Source: Vicugna vicugna
Lineage: Eukaryota
Reading direction: 5' to 3'
Assembly (NCBI GenBank): GCA_013265495.1
Contig: MU058213.1
Span: forward strand, 5,539,149 to 5,603,148
DNA length: 64,000 nucleotides
This document shows positions 50,411 to 63,500 of the stretch, piece by piece. Each line of letters begins with the position of its first letter. The stretch's first letter is position 1. The translations under genes and the position numbers were made by a program. The notes beneath the pieces were generated by a model that was not told where the DNA came from, ran no database searches, and saw only the letters and a list, made by a program, of their open reading frames with translations.

Positions 50411-51240
50411 GTTTTTTCTTTTTTGAAGTATATTTGATTTACAATGTTGTGTTAGTTTCTGGTGTACAGCATAGTGATTGAGTTATACATATATATTCAC
50501 ATATACTTTTTTCATTATAGCTTATTATAAGATACTGAATATAGTTCCCTGTGCTATACTGTAGGACCTTGTTGTTTATTTTATATATAGTAGTTTTTAT
50601 CTGCTAATCCCAAACTCCTAATTCAGCCCTCCCTTGCCTCCCCTGCCTGGTAACCATAAATTTGTTTTCTATGTCTGTCAGTCTGTTTCTGTCTTGTAAA
50701 TAAGTTCTTTGTCTCATATTTTTTAGATTCCACATGTAAGTGATATCATATGGCATTTTCTTTCTCTATCTGACTTACTTCACTGAGTATAATAATCTAG
50801 GTCCATGCATGTTCTGCAAATGGCATTGTTTTATTATTTTTATGGCTTAGTAGTATTCCATTGTATAAATATACCACAACTTTATCCAGCCATCTGTAAG
50901 TGGACATTTAGGTTGCTTCCATGCCTTAGCTATGACAAATAGTGCTGCTGTGAACATTGGGGTGCATGTATCTTTTTGCAAATTAGAGTTTTCTCCCAGT
51001 ATGTGCCCAGGAGTGGGATTGCTGTATCATATGGTAAGTCTATTTTTAGTTTTTTAAGGAATCTCTGTACTGTTTTCCATAATGACCTCACCAAACTACA
51101 GTCCCATCAACAGTGTAGGAGGGTTCCCTTGTCTCCACACCCTGTCCAGCATTTATTATTTGTGGACTTTTTAATGATGGCCATGCTGACCGGTATGAAG
51201 TTATACCTCTTTGTAGTTTTGATCTTCATTTCTTTGATAA
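50411..51240 (-). mobile_element. 5'-truncated L1 (artiodactyl-type 3' end)
   Basis: ORF2 remnant [44 protein letters not shown] plus 3' UTR and T tail. Degenerate TSD TTGCAGCTAACTTG (50397-50410) / TTGCAGTTAAATTG (51241-51254). Confidence 0.92.
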
Positions 51241-51804
51241 TTGCAGTTAAATTGTTTTGAGCCCTTAGGGCACCAGGCATCATGCTTAAACCCCAGGCCT
51301 GAACCATTTTCTTTCATCTACCCAATAATCTTATGCTCCTCATTCATCAGATGAGGAAGCTAAGGTTCAAAAGACGACATAACTCATTCAGGATCACACA
51401 GCTAGTCAGTGGCAGGATCAGGATTCAGACCCAAGAATCCCGACTCTAAGCCAATGTGGTGATGTGCAAAGAGAGTGGCTTTCCAGTCCACAGAGCAGAG
51501 TTTGTATTTGGGTTCCAACACTGCCCACTTGGGGAAGTCCTAATGCTCTCTGAGCTCCAGCCTCTTCATGTAAGCACATCAGCTGTGGTCAGGATGAAAG
51601 GAGGTGTGCCCCTTTCCTGGTCTGTCCCAGACTTTAACACTCATTCTAATGCCTTGTCCTTTCTGACCAGTTGTCTCACTGGAAAACTAGAGATCAGCCC
51701 CTTCAGTGGGATACTTAAAGTTTAAGTTCTGGGTTCCTACAACCTGGAGACCTACTCCCAGGGAAAGTTCTGTAAATATTTTAATTGGCTAATTGAAGTC
51801 TTTA

Positions 51805-51933
51805 TGGGGGTGGGTGGAATCAGGTTTATTTAATCATTTGTTTATTTATTTACTTAATGGAGGTACTGGGGATTGAACCCAGGACCTCATGCATGCTAGG
51901 CACGTGCTCTACCACTGAGCTATACCCTCCCCC
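51805..51933 (-). mobile_element. Camelid tRNA-Ala-derived SINE (vic-1 type)
   Basis: Family body. 15-bp TSD TAATTGAAGTCTTTA (51790-51804) / TAACTGAAGTCTTTA (51935-51949). Confidence 0.92.
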
Positions 51934-54816
51934 TTAACTGAAGTCTTTAAAAGGAAGCTTTATCAAAAACATTTTTGCCACTGTAGAGGTCTATGTCCCA
52001 GACCAAGTCAAGCTTGCAAAATCTGCTCTGCTCTTTCCCAGTCCCCCGCCCCACCCCTCTTCACCTCTCTCTTGCTGTGGTGAACCCACAATGCAACAGC
52101 CCAGCCTGACTCTAGCTTTGTGCCCACTGCTCACCTTCAAGCTTATAGTACCTACCCTCTTGCCCCAACTCCTGTAACCCATCTGAGCCCCTGCCATCAG
52201 CCTGGGTCAGCCACACTCCTCCTCTCACCAGGAAAGAGAGGAAAACCCATCAGGTCTCCTCTCTGCCTTGAGGGTGAGCACATAGCCATCTTCTCCAGTC
52301 CATTTCTCCAGCCCCTCTCCCGCTCTCTCCCTCAGGGACCCAGCATGGGGTACTTACCAGCTTTTCCAGTTTTCCATCAGTCCCTTAGGATTCTCAACTG
52401 TTGTCTCACCTAAGGGGGAAAAAAACATCAAACAAAGGTATTCATTATCTTTGAACATTTGATTTCACAGTACATCCTGCATGACTCTCAAATATGAGGT
52501 CAATACACAGAAAATCATTTAAATTGCCTGATATTAAGCACTTCTGACCCAAAGAGTAAAAAGCTTTTTGAGTGATAGTTACATTGATACAAGAGTCACA
52601 ATGACAGGTTTCCAAGATGAAAGTAATGGATCAGAAAATAGAACAGCAGAGAAAACGCAGATGAAAGGCAAATAACCCCATCTGAAACCCAAAGCTTTCA
52701 TTTTGGGGAAAATATTGCCAAAAGCACTATTTTGTGTTAAATAGATCATGATGAAAGGAACACACACTTGCTGTCTCCTTGAGTTTTCATCTCCCAATAG
52801 AGGTATCCCTTTCCGGCTTTAAGTACCGCGGCTTTTGTAGTGACCGTTCCCTAGGCTGGTGATGGCGGTCATGGAAGTGCTACGGCCCCCTCGGGTGAGA
52901 GGTGCCACCTGAATGACCGCGCTGGGCCCACAGACCCCCAACTCCCCTCCCCAGGGTTAGCAGAGCCAAATACCAGCCTGCTTCCCCACACAACTGGGCT
53001 CAACAGGGCTTTTCAGTAAAAGAGAACATAGTGACAAAACTTAACTAGGACACGCAAAGCATTTCATTTAGAGTAAGATTTAAAGACATATGAACAGAAA
53101 GCGTCTGGACCCCTGTTCTTTCGTTGCCGTGCACCGCAGCCTAAGCCGGTACGTGAGCCTCTCAGATGTGTGTAGAAGGCAATTTTTTAACTCACCTTCA
53201 ACCTTCTTGGAGTTGATTCTAGAACTTTCAGTGGCTTCACCAGGCACCCAAACAGGTGGGGGCCTTTCTTCTACTTTACCTTTAAAGCGGAAACAAAAGA
53301 ATATTACTGTTGCTGGTTTGCTCCGGAGTGAAGAAAAGCCCAATTACTGCAGCCCTGTCACTTCTCTGGGCGTTTGGAGTTTCTGTGTCTCGTCCCTCTG
53401 GGGACCAGAACAGTCTCTGTCATGCATGCCCCACATTTGCCCATGTTGCTCCCATCCTTCCAACCAGAAAATATCAATTCCCTCTACTCTACTGCCTCCC
53501 TAACCTCAGCTCTTTGCCCTCCGGAGCAGGATGTGCCCGCTGATTGATTTATATTTGCTTTACAATTTATGCTTATTTATTCCAATGGTTTTTACACCTG
53601 GCTTTCTGACACAGGCTGCTCTTACACAGTCCAGATGAAGGTTAAGATTTTGAAAAGCACATTTAGAAAGAATTCCATGAAATTCCGCATGAAAGTGGGA
53701 AAGGTTTTCAATGGGAGATTAAAGTGACCAATGAAATAATTATTATAGGAAATTACTGAATGCAGGGCTGGGCTGGACAGAAGAGACAAAGCCCAAAAGT
53801 CCAACGAAGGAGCAGGGGTGAGGGGTGAGCCCAGCGGCATCATGGATCAGATCTTTAAAGGGTGGAGTTCAAAGAGGAAACAGTGAGCTGGAGGGAACAG
53901 GAGAAGAGCTTGGGCCAGGCATTCAGGCACCTGGGAAATCAGCAAGTGCGGGAAGGCTCAGACAAGACTTGGGGACCCAGGGACCGGGAAGTTAGAGTCA
54001 GAGAATGCAGTCATCAGCAATATCACATCCAAACAGTGCCAAGCTCTCTGTCCTCTCATCTTCTCTACTCTCTGTGTTGTGTGGTCAAACTAGGTACATA
54101 CAGGTTCCACGAAACTAGACAGAGACACAGAGCCCTTGACGTCTGTCGCTTCTAATTAACACAGAGGCCAAGGTGTTAGATATTCTGTTGTGTATCTAAA
54201 AATCCTCTGAAGTTCTATCAAGCCCCATCTCCTAATGATTAAATGCCAGTTCTAAAATATAGAGATGTGTTCCCAAAGTCAACAGATGTTTGGGCTGTCA
54301 TCATTATGCCTGTTCCAAACTCATTTGTGATTACACTGTGAAGTCCTGTCTGCGTGATTTATTAGAAATCGCTTACATAAGATAATTTGGAAAATTATAC
54401 CAGTCAGGAGGTGTCTATCCAGCTCAACGATTTGTCTTTTACAGCAACACAATCCAGCATTTTGTAGGAGCATTTGATCAGCCTTCCATCTCATCAGCCT
54501 AGAAACGTTCTAGAAATTCCCCACCCTCTTTAAGGTGGCCTTTATCAGATAGCTTATTGTTATGAAAGGTAGACTAATGCTTCCCATCTTGGCTACACTG
54601 CATTCTCTAATTAGCTATAGGACATTCAACAAGCCACTTAGCTCTCTGGATCTCAGTTTTCTCACATATTAAAATTAACCAATAGACTACACTATTACCA
54701 TGGCCCCTAAATGCTAAGGATCTAAAGTTATTTTAAACGCTTTGTCAGCTTTCTTGACCAAACTGACATCACAGGTGAGAAACAGGCTGCAAAGACCAAA
54801 ATCTTTCTCACGTTTA

Positions 54817-55495
54817 TGCAGAGAGAAGGAAATTTTCCAACCCTTTTAGGTTCTTCTGGTCGGTCTAAGAATTAAATTGACAGGAGACGAACTAACAGGA
54901 GAAAATCAAACAAAAGTTTCATAACATGTATACATGGGAGAGACCCAAAAAAACTGAGTAACTCGCCAAAATGGCCAAAGTCTTCACCTTAAAAACTATC
55001 TTTAAATATGAAGATGAGTATATGCACATGTATGTATGACTGGGACATTATGCTGTACACCAGAAATTGATGCATTGTAACCAACTATACTTCAAAAAAA
55101 GAAAAAAGAAAAAAAACTGTCTTTAATAAAGACAAAAGGGGAGGTTGTAGTTAGTGGTCTGGGACTTCAAAGGGGAGGAAGGCAAGTTACATGAAGATGG
55201 AAAAGCAAATGTTTGGTAAACGAATGTTGACTGAACCACACAGAGACAATGGGACATAGAGGGGACACTGATCTCTAGGATCTGTGCAGTTTCCCCACCA
55301 CAATTAGCCTGTATTCTTCATAGAGATCTCTGTTGAGTAGCTCTGTTCTGGAAACAGGCCCTCTATCCAAATTCTAGGCAGTTAGGGGGAAAGTCAAGGT
55401 TTCTTCCTGAATCTTTAGGGCCTTGATTATTTTCAACTCAAAATAATCTGCATGCCAAAGAGACATTTTGGGGTGGCAAGTTTTGCTTCCCTACA
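54817..55495 (-). mobile_element. Solo ERV1-class LTR (MER34-related) containing a short L1 insertion
   Basis: The reverse complement begins TGTAGGGAAGCAAAACTTGCCACCCCAAAATGTCTCTTTGGCATGCAGATTATTTTGAG and ends ...CTCTCTGCA. Homologous to 9748-10109. Confidence 0.85.
55006..55111 (+). mobile_element. Extremely 5'-truncated L1 (~106 bp)
   Basis: Same 3' end as the 34781 L1 (TGACTGGGACATTATGCTG...CTATACTTCAA) plus an A tail. TSD AAAAACT(A/G)TCTTTAA at 54991-55005 and 55112-55126, preceded by TT|AAAA. Confidence 0.92.
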
Positions 55496-56774
55496 ATACC
55501 CATTAGATCAGAGCCAACCACTTCATACGTTGTTTGGGTTACTTACTGCTAAACACATCGTGACTTTGTCCATATTGAAGTTCATCTGCTACTTTTCTGC
55601 CCATTCACAGGGTCCCAGTTCATCATTACCAGCAGCGAGCATCTTACCTCCTAAAATGAATGTGAATTCTTTCTTATCTTTCCAGATCTAATAAAACTCT
55701 TATATGGTAGTTACTGCAGTTACTAAGGAAAGTCACTTTTCACATCTCTTCATTCAGAATATTATCTCAATTTTTGTGGTGACTTTATTCTAATGAATAA
55801 CAATTCAAGTTTTCAAAGCACTTTTTAGACATCCATTGCCTTATCTGACCCCTCGTACCAATCCCATTTCTTGTTTTTTATAAAGCAATTTGTTACCTAA
55901 CATTCCTACCCGTGTGTGATAGTTGTAACAACTTTTTTCCGAATAGACTTTGGCGTGAAATGTTATCAGATTGTTTCTGATAGTTGAATTTTTTTCATTC
56001 ATTGTATTCCTACCCAAATGCTTGCTGACTTTGGGAACGAAATCTGGTGGACCTGTGAAGCGTGCATCCAGCTGCCAGAGGGTCACTGGAACGAAGAGCT
56101 GCAATGGCCTTCAGTGACCATCTGTCTCACCCGCCCCCGAACATGGAATCGCGTTCCCCGTGACCAAAAGGCACTCAGCTCTCAGGGGCTTCCTGGTCTG
56201 AGGTGCAGAAACTTTGACTATAGGCTCCTTATCTCTGTAAGCTCCCCTGAGTTGCTCCTGAGCGCACAATTTCTGATTTGCATGTATCAGGGTCCTCTTG
56301 ATGGGTTTTCTTGGTCCCCTCGTGTAAAGCCCGTTTTTCTTGCTTCAGAGATGCCCTTTCCCCAAGATGGCTGCTTTGACTTAACGAATCCGCTGCAGTG
56401 TTTGTGATCTGCTGCCACGTTTTCTGGGAGGCAGCTTTCCTGGGCTTCAGGCAGCCTGCGGCAGAGGCCTCTGGTCTTCCCACCGGCTGTTTGCTCTGCT
56501 CCTTTTTCCTCCTAATTAATGCCTACGTCTTATCTGAGTGGCCCGTTCTCAAACAGAGTTACTGAGTGATTGATGTGTTTTGTTGTGTTTTCTTTCCGGA
56601 ACCCCTCCCAGTCTGCCCAGACTTGAATTAATTGGGGTTTGCTCACTGTTGCGGAGTGATTCACCCACCAGGTATCCCTTACAGCAAACCCTGCTCAGCA
56701 CTTACAAAGAACACAGCTTGAGACTGTTTGGCAAGTCTTAACATTCACAGGGTTTCCAACCGAGGGTCAAGGAT

Positions 56775-57135
56775 GGTTCAGCGGCTGAGAGCCTGGCCTC
56801 TGCGGTCAGCCCAAACTGCCTCTGACACAGTGCTCTTGAGGCACTGAAGCTTCCTAAACTTCAGTTTCTGAGCCTATAAAATAAGAATAATAGGACCTAC
56901 TTTATAGAAATGTTGAGGAAATCAACCAAAATAATATATCAAAAATGCTCAGTACCTGATCAATACCCAATGAGAGTATCTGCAATAAATGAGTATCTCA
57001 CCTCCAGATTATAGATGAAAACACTGGGTTCAGAGAGGTCACACAGCTCACCCCACGCCACACAGCCTGTGCATGAGCCACAGCAAAGCCAGGACCTGAA
57101 TCCTGGTCCTCTGCCTCTTAGACTCACACTCTTTC
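56775..57135. mobile_element. Two opposed MIR fragments (representative of more than a dozen MIRs in the window)
   Basis: CTTCAGTTTCTGAGCCTATAAAATAAGAATAATAGGACCTAC and TATAGATGAAAACACTGGGTTCAGAGAGGTCAC MIR core motifs. Others near 1690, 3030, 10400, 12500, 13720, 14990, 17690, 31240, 33890, 47630, 51330, 60740, 61530 and 63050. Confidence 0.75.
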
Positions 57136-60099
57136 CACTTCTCCAGCAACACCTCTCAGAGTTAAGACCTGCGTCCTCTACAACGGTGGTCCCCAGACCC
57201 ACTGCATCAGCATCACCCGGGAACTTGTCAGATTTGTCAGTTTTGGGGTCCCAGACCCAATGGATTAGAAACTCTGGGGATGGGGCCCAGCAATCCAGGC
57301 TCTAGCAAGCCCTCCAGGGGACTCTGATGCAAGCTCCGGTTTGAGAACCACTGCTTTACGGAATGATAACATGTCTCTTGAGACGGGTGGTCCTCAAATC
57401 CTGGTGTGATCCCCAACATGAGTTAACCCTTCCAGCCCTGTGACAGTATCCTTACCAGGAATTTGTTTTTAAAAATGTGGAGTGGTTCACCCCTGGGCAC
57501 ACTCTGGAATCACCCAGGGAACTTTTAATATAACACAAAGGCCCTCCCCAGAGCACTTAGCATTCAGTTCTGGACTGAGAACTCCAGAACCATGGAGGTG
57601 CCCCGCACAGACTCTGCTGGGCTGGGAACATTTTCACCACATGAAGGCTTGTGTGCTTTACAATCCACTACCGCTAAATTGGTTTCTTTCCTTCCTGTGA
57701 ACCTTGGGTCCTCTGCCTGGGTAAGCCCTCCACCTCGTGCCCACTTATTTGCACAGCTGCTACGGTTCCCGCCGAGGTGTTTACTTAATATGTCTCAGCT
57801 GAGCCTCTCCTGTCCACACCCAGGGTTGTCCTGCTTGATCTAAAGAGGAAATGACAAGGGATGATAAACATTAAACACTGACTCACTACCATTCTTATTT
57901 TCCTTCTAATAACTTAGAAGGGATAAGGGAATATTGCTGTAGGAGCATGTTGGCATATTAAGGATACTAAGCTTACTCCCTGGCCCACTAGGGTCACAAC
58001 CACACACACAGCACTGGTTACTAAGAGGGACCAGGGGGTAATTCTTTCTCACCCTCACATTGGATGGGCGCATCTGGCTTGTGCCCAAGGCCATCATGAG
58101 GCCAGGTCACACCCAGGTATGCCTGACTATGCTATTAATAAAAGAGGAAGGGGGTCATTTCAGTTTGGGTTTGACTAAGAAGGGTGAGTGTTTTGGGTGA
58201 CTCTGAAACCCCCCACTCCCACCCCCACCCTCCAACATCGGCAGAGGGGAGCTGGACAGCCAGAGAGAGCAGGGCAGCAGCCAGAGGAAGCATCCCCTGC
58301 AGTCCCAGCTACTCGGACCCAACACCTCGACCAAGGATGACCCCGCCCTGGCCAGGGCCCCAGTCCCTGAGCACAGGGTGTCAGCTCAGAGCAGAGAAGG
58401 CTGCTGGGAGCATGTGGTTCTGGCATTTCCAGTGCACGTGGTGCTGGGGTGGGTTTTATGTGACCAGTGAGAGGCGGGAAACACTGACGAGAAATCGGAG
58501 ATCTGCCAGAGAGTCGGAGATGAGCCACAGGAAATGCTTTTGTCTAAAAATATGCCATTTCTGAAAGGAAAACAGTCATTAGAGGGTGTGAGAAGCCCCC
58601 GTGGTGAGGAAAGCAAAACAGTACGGCTCACTGGGAGGCCAGTGGAGCAACAGAGCGGCCCATTACCCACCCACTTCCTGTGCGATTAGCGAGACTTCAG
58701 GAGGATGAAAAGCAAGCAGACAAAATGACAACCCACAGACAGAACTCCAGGGGAAATGTCTGGGGACGGCATCCGAAGATGCAGCCGGTAGGTGGGAGGA
58801 GAAGAAGCTGTTCCAGTTAATACTTTTCTCACGTCAGCTGGTTCAGCTATAGACTCGATGATGGCTTCCTGCGTACTTCCTTTATGTCAAGTGCAGGGAG
58901 GGGCTCTGCCTGCATCGTCTCCTACCTTCCTTTCAACAACGTTGAGGAGGAGGAACGTGACTTGTCCAAGGTCACAGAGCTACTAAGGGATAAAGATGGA
59001 CTTCAGCCCAGGTTCCCTGACCCCAGATCTCTCACTCACTCCTGTGTACAAGACTGCCTCCCATAGGATGAAGGGTCCTGGCCCTCCCTAACCTCAACAC
59101 GCCAGGGCCAGGCCATCCAGTCTTTCTGGTGGACTACAGCCATCTGACATTCTCTCTATGTCTCACGGTGAAGCAAATCTGGTTAAAACAAAAATCGTCA
59201 CCTTTTTGATTCCTGACCCGCTGTCAGCTAAAATGCATTGCAGCTACACTAGATCCATCTACTGACCCAGGAATGGCGTAGCCTTGGATGGGGAGGGTAA
59301 CACTTAAGCCACCTAATCTGAAGTCCTTCTATATCCATTGTGAGGATATCCTCTGCTGGGAGGTCCAGGGACTGGGGCAGGGAGCGTGGGGACCTTAGGT
59401 GGAGGAGGTGGGGACCCCTTCTCTGGGGGCATCCTGACTGCTAGGGAGCACATCCCCTGTGCTAAGAGCAGGAAAAAGTGTGGACAATTTGACACCATCC
59501 TGTAGACAAGGAAACAAAGTCCGCCTTATGTTGATCCCAGGCCTGCCTCCTTTTGGCTGTCACTCGTGTCAGAGTTTGGCATTCAGGGACACAAAGAGCT
59601 CAGTCTCCTCCGTGAAGGCGTGAAAGGTCATTGCGAGGGTAACAGCTTCCTCAGACTCTCTTGGTCCCTCCACCCAGGCTAAGCACCCACGAGTCCTCAG
59701 CTCCACTCTCATATCCTCAAGGACACAAAGTCACTCGCACACTGGGACAGCCAGAGCGGGCTGGCAAGTCTCCAGGTCCCAGGGACTCAAGGCCTCAGTC
59801 CAGCGGCCAAAGCGGAGAGGTGCCCATCTCTGTCTACTGAACTGCCCCGGCTGAGGAAAGCAGTGATCTCTCAAACACCACATCTAATGGCCCCTTCTCA
59901 GTTCTCCCTTGTTATTCCTTCCCGAGTCGGGGCGCTGGAAGTCAGTGTGGACGCTCTCTCTCCCTCACTCTGCACCAGCCAGTCACTAAGTCCAGCCGAC
60001 CTTCACTCGCTGACCTATCTCACCACCTCCCTCCCCTACATCCCTGTCGCTGCTGTCCTCTTCACACCCTGACTCCCCCTTCCCTGCACTCCTGCTCCA

Positions 60100-60575
60100 G
60101 GCCCTTAGCAGGTCACCCTCTCCCATCCACCCTTCACCCTGAAATCCTAGTGATCTGCTGATGAGGCAGAGTCAATCATGTTTCTTCCCTGCTTAACATC
60201 CATCAAATGGCTCTTCATGGCCTCTGGAGAAAACACAACTTAGCCTGGCCACCAAGGACCTCCCCCCTCCCCCCGCCTGCTCACTGGCCATCACCAGGGA
60301 CCTACAGCCTCCTGAATATGCCCTCCTTCCTCTCCTCTGCTTGTTCTTCCTTCAAGACCCACCTCAAGTCTCTTCTCTCCATCACACCTTCCCTGACCCT
60401 CTGGCCTTCAAATCAGAGGTGACTGTCCCCCTCCCGCTTCCGTGACCACACCTCACACTCCCCCCAGCTGAGGCACCCCTGCAGCTACAATGCAACTGCT
60501 GGTTCACGTGTCTGTCTCCACCAGTGACCACAGACCTGTGAGGAGGTGGCCTCTGTGCTAAGCCTTGAGCAATAA
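60100..60575 (+). mobile_element. Degraded LINE-2 fragment
   Basis: ATCATGTTTCTTCCCTGCTTAACATCCATCAAATGGCTC...TCCTTCAAGACCCACCTCAAGTC...CCTTCCCTGACC. Confidence 0.65.
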
Positions 60576-63500
60576 ATGACTTTACAACAAAGGGAGATGG
60601 TGAAGGACCACGTGAGCCAAATCATGGCACTTGGTCCCCATGACAGCAGCTCCCAGGCCAGGGCCCAGGCCCGGGCAGGTTTACCTGGACAAGACACTAC
60701 AATAAGTACCACTGTGAGCACTTTCGGTGGACCAGGAACTGTGTGAAGCTCTTCGTCTGCATTATGTCATTTAAAGGGGCTGAGTGAGTTAATTTAAAGT
60801 GGTCAGCACAGTGCCTCACACAGGGTGAGCACTGAACAAACATTAGCAATAAAAGTGACAGATCATGTAGGGGACACTTATGCTGACAGCATGCCAAGCA
60901 CAGTCCATGCATTGTCTCACTTCTCACAACAACCCTGGCAGAAGGGTATTCCTACGTGCCCCCATTTCACAGATGATGACACTGAGTCTCAGTTGGGCTA
61001 CGTGATCAGCACAGAAATAAGTAATGGACTTGAGCTTCCAGCCTAGAACCGTCTGCTCTGGTGCCCAGGTTCTCCAAGTCTCTGGAACAGCAGCATGCCG
61101 GGTGGCCCCCAGAGCTCAAGCAGGAAGAAGGCCGGCTAGGTTCCCTCAGAGCAGAGCCTACTGAGATGTCCAGGGGAGACATGTGGTACGAGGAGGCTTC
61201 CTTTTCTGTCCCATTTAGTCTAATATCACATTTTACAGACTATCCTGCAAGGGATACAGTTCCCAGAAGCAATACAAGCTGGCTCCTCTTGATTTCTTCT
61301 GTGTGCCAAGAAGTTATGCCTTCCTTTGGGGCTAGCATCATGGGTGCAAGTTGGAGTCAGTCCCCTCCTTCATGCAGCTGGGTAAACTGAGGCCCAAAGA
61401 GTTACAGTGATTCACACTAAGAATCGAATACATGGGGGTTAACCCATCAGCTGGTCTGGGCCCCACTGGGCTGGCTGCATACCCAAGACAGCGGCATGGG
61501 GCCACGGAGGAGGCTTAGCTGTTGGTCTCTCAGAAGCCCTGGTTCTGCCAGGTGCTAACTCTGTGACATCTTGGACAAGTTGTTTAACCTCTCTGAGCCT
61601 CAGTTTCCCCACCTATGAAACAAAGCTGAGAGCTTCTTCTTCACAGGGCTGTGGTCAGAATCAAATGGATGGCATGTGTCCGCGTGTTTGTGGGGGGGCC
61701 TAAAAAATGTGCTACAGCTGCTGCCTGGTGACAGTTCAGAGGAAAGTCCATTCGGCCTTGAACTCTGTAGCCCTTGTGTTTCTGTTGGATTACACTGTGC
61801 CAAGGGTTCTTCTGCCTTCCAACAATAATCAGGCTCATTCTAACTCACTCTGTGCCCGTCAAGAGCAGCACTGTCTCAGAGCAGTCGGTCCTGCACCACA
61901 GTGGCACCACGCTGCGCTCCTAGGCAGTCAGTGTTCGCTGAGCTCTGAGTGAGCGCATCCCCACCAAGCTCCTTCAGCTTTTCCTTTTAAAGATTTTTTT
62001 CCCCTTCAACTGAAGTCCACAGGTGTTGGATGACGAAGCCAGCTGGTTGTCTGTAGCGTTTCTTCCAGGGAAGAAAGGGGCTCTGCCATCTCCTACCCCT
62101 TTTAACAAAACCTGCCTTGATTTTCTCTGCCAAGGTATATCTTAGGACGGGGTAGGTGCTTCTGAGGCTCTGTGAGTCCCGCTACAGCTGAAGAAAGAAG
62201 TGAAAGAAGGAAGCAGGGGTGAGACACCCACCACAGTCTAGGGACTGGGCCCCACGTTTCCAGAAAGCTCATCCCCAACGGACCAGCTCCTGCAGAGAGA
62301 ACTGGAAATGGCTGAGAGAGAGGAGATGCAGGCGGGGCTCCCAGACATTTTACAAGCCAAAGTGCTTTTGAAATCGATTAATTTGGGGGAAAATATTCAC
62401 TGTGTCATCATAAAGGGCTCAAAACTCCACACTGAGGAAAATAAAAGATTCCAAAATCATTGATAACGCATCTCCTTTAAGCTTGTAGAAGACATGTCCC
62501 TACCCTGACTACCCCTGGTGGATGTTCCCACAGACTCTCCAAGAGGGATGATGAAAAGTTGGGAAATGCCTATGTTTTCTGCTTGCTTTAATTTATGGAA
62601 TTGCCCAGCTAAGCAGTGACAGAATTTCATTTTTAGCATAAAATACATGATCTCCAGGAGGGCCAGGGCTCAAGCAACAGATTTTCACCACATCACTTCC
62701 CCTTGACCTATGAGGACTGGCCTGATCTTTGGGGAAAATTTGAACCACATGCCAGTCTGCAGGGATCCACGAGCCCCTCCATGATCTGATTCACCTACTT
62801 TTTCAGTCTCCTCTCACTTTCCCCACTCCAGTCAGAGGGAGCTGTACCCTATACTCACCTCATACCCATCTGCCCAGGCTCTGGCTTTTAGCTCCTGTCC
62901 CCCAAAGGCCGGCCTCCTCCCCACAGCTCAGCATACGCAAGCCTGGCCCATCCTAAAGTCACCTCTGATAACCACCCCCACCACCTGCCTTGTTGCCGAG
63001 CTAGAAGTAATGACTGAACTCTGAGAATTAATTATAATAATAATAATAACAACTTGCATTTCTTGAGCTGAGTCCAGGCATTTTACCCTCTAACAACCCC
63101 ATCATGAAGTGTGATTTATCCCTGCCTCACAGATGAGAAAACTAGGACTTAGGGAGGTTAATGCAAGTTGCCCAAGGTCATATGGTTGGTAAGTGAAGGA
63201 GCCAAGAGTTGAACTTAGAGTCTGGTTCTAAGTTTATCACATGCCACCTCTCCCAAGGGCAATGCTTTCATGCCGTAGACTACTCCTCACCTCGTACTAC
63301 TAGAATTAGTGGGCAGTGGTTTTGTAGCCTTTACAGGAATATACTTCAGTAGGCAAACACTATGCATGATTCTTTATACCTTCAACAGCACTGAGTTTTC
63401 AAGAATGAACGAATGAATGAATGAGAAAGAGAGAGAAAGAAAACATGCATCAGACTAGAGAGTTAAGGCAACTTTTATAAACATTAAAAGGATGCCATGT

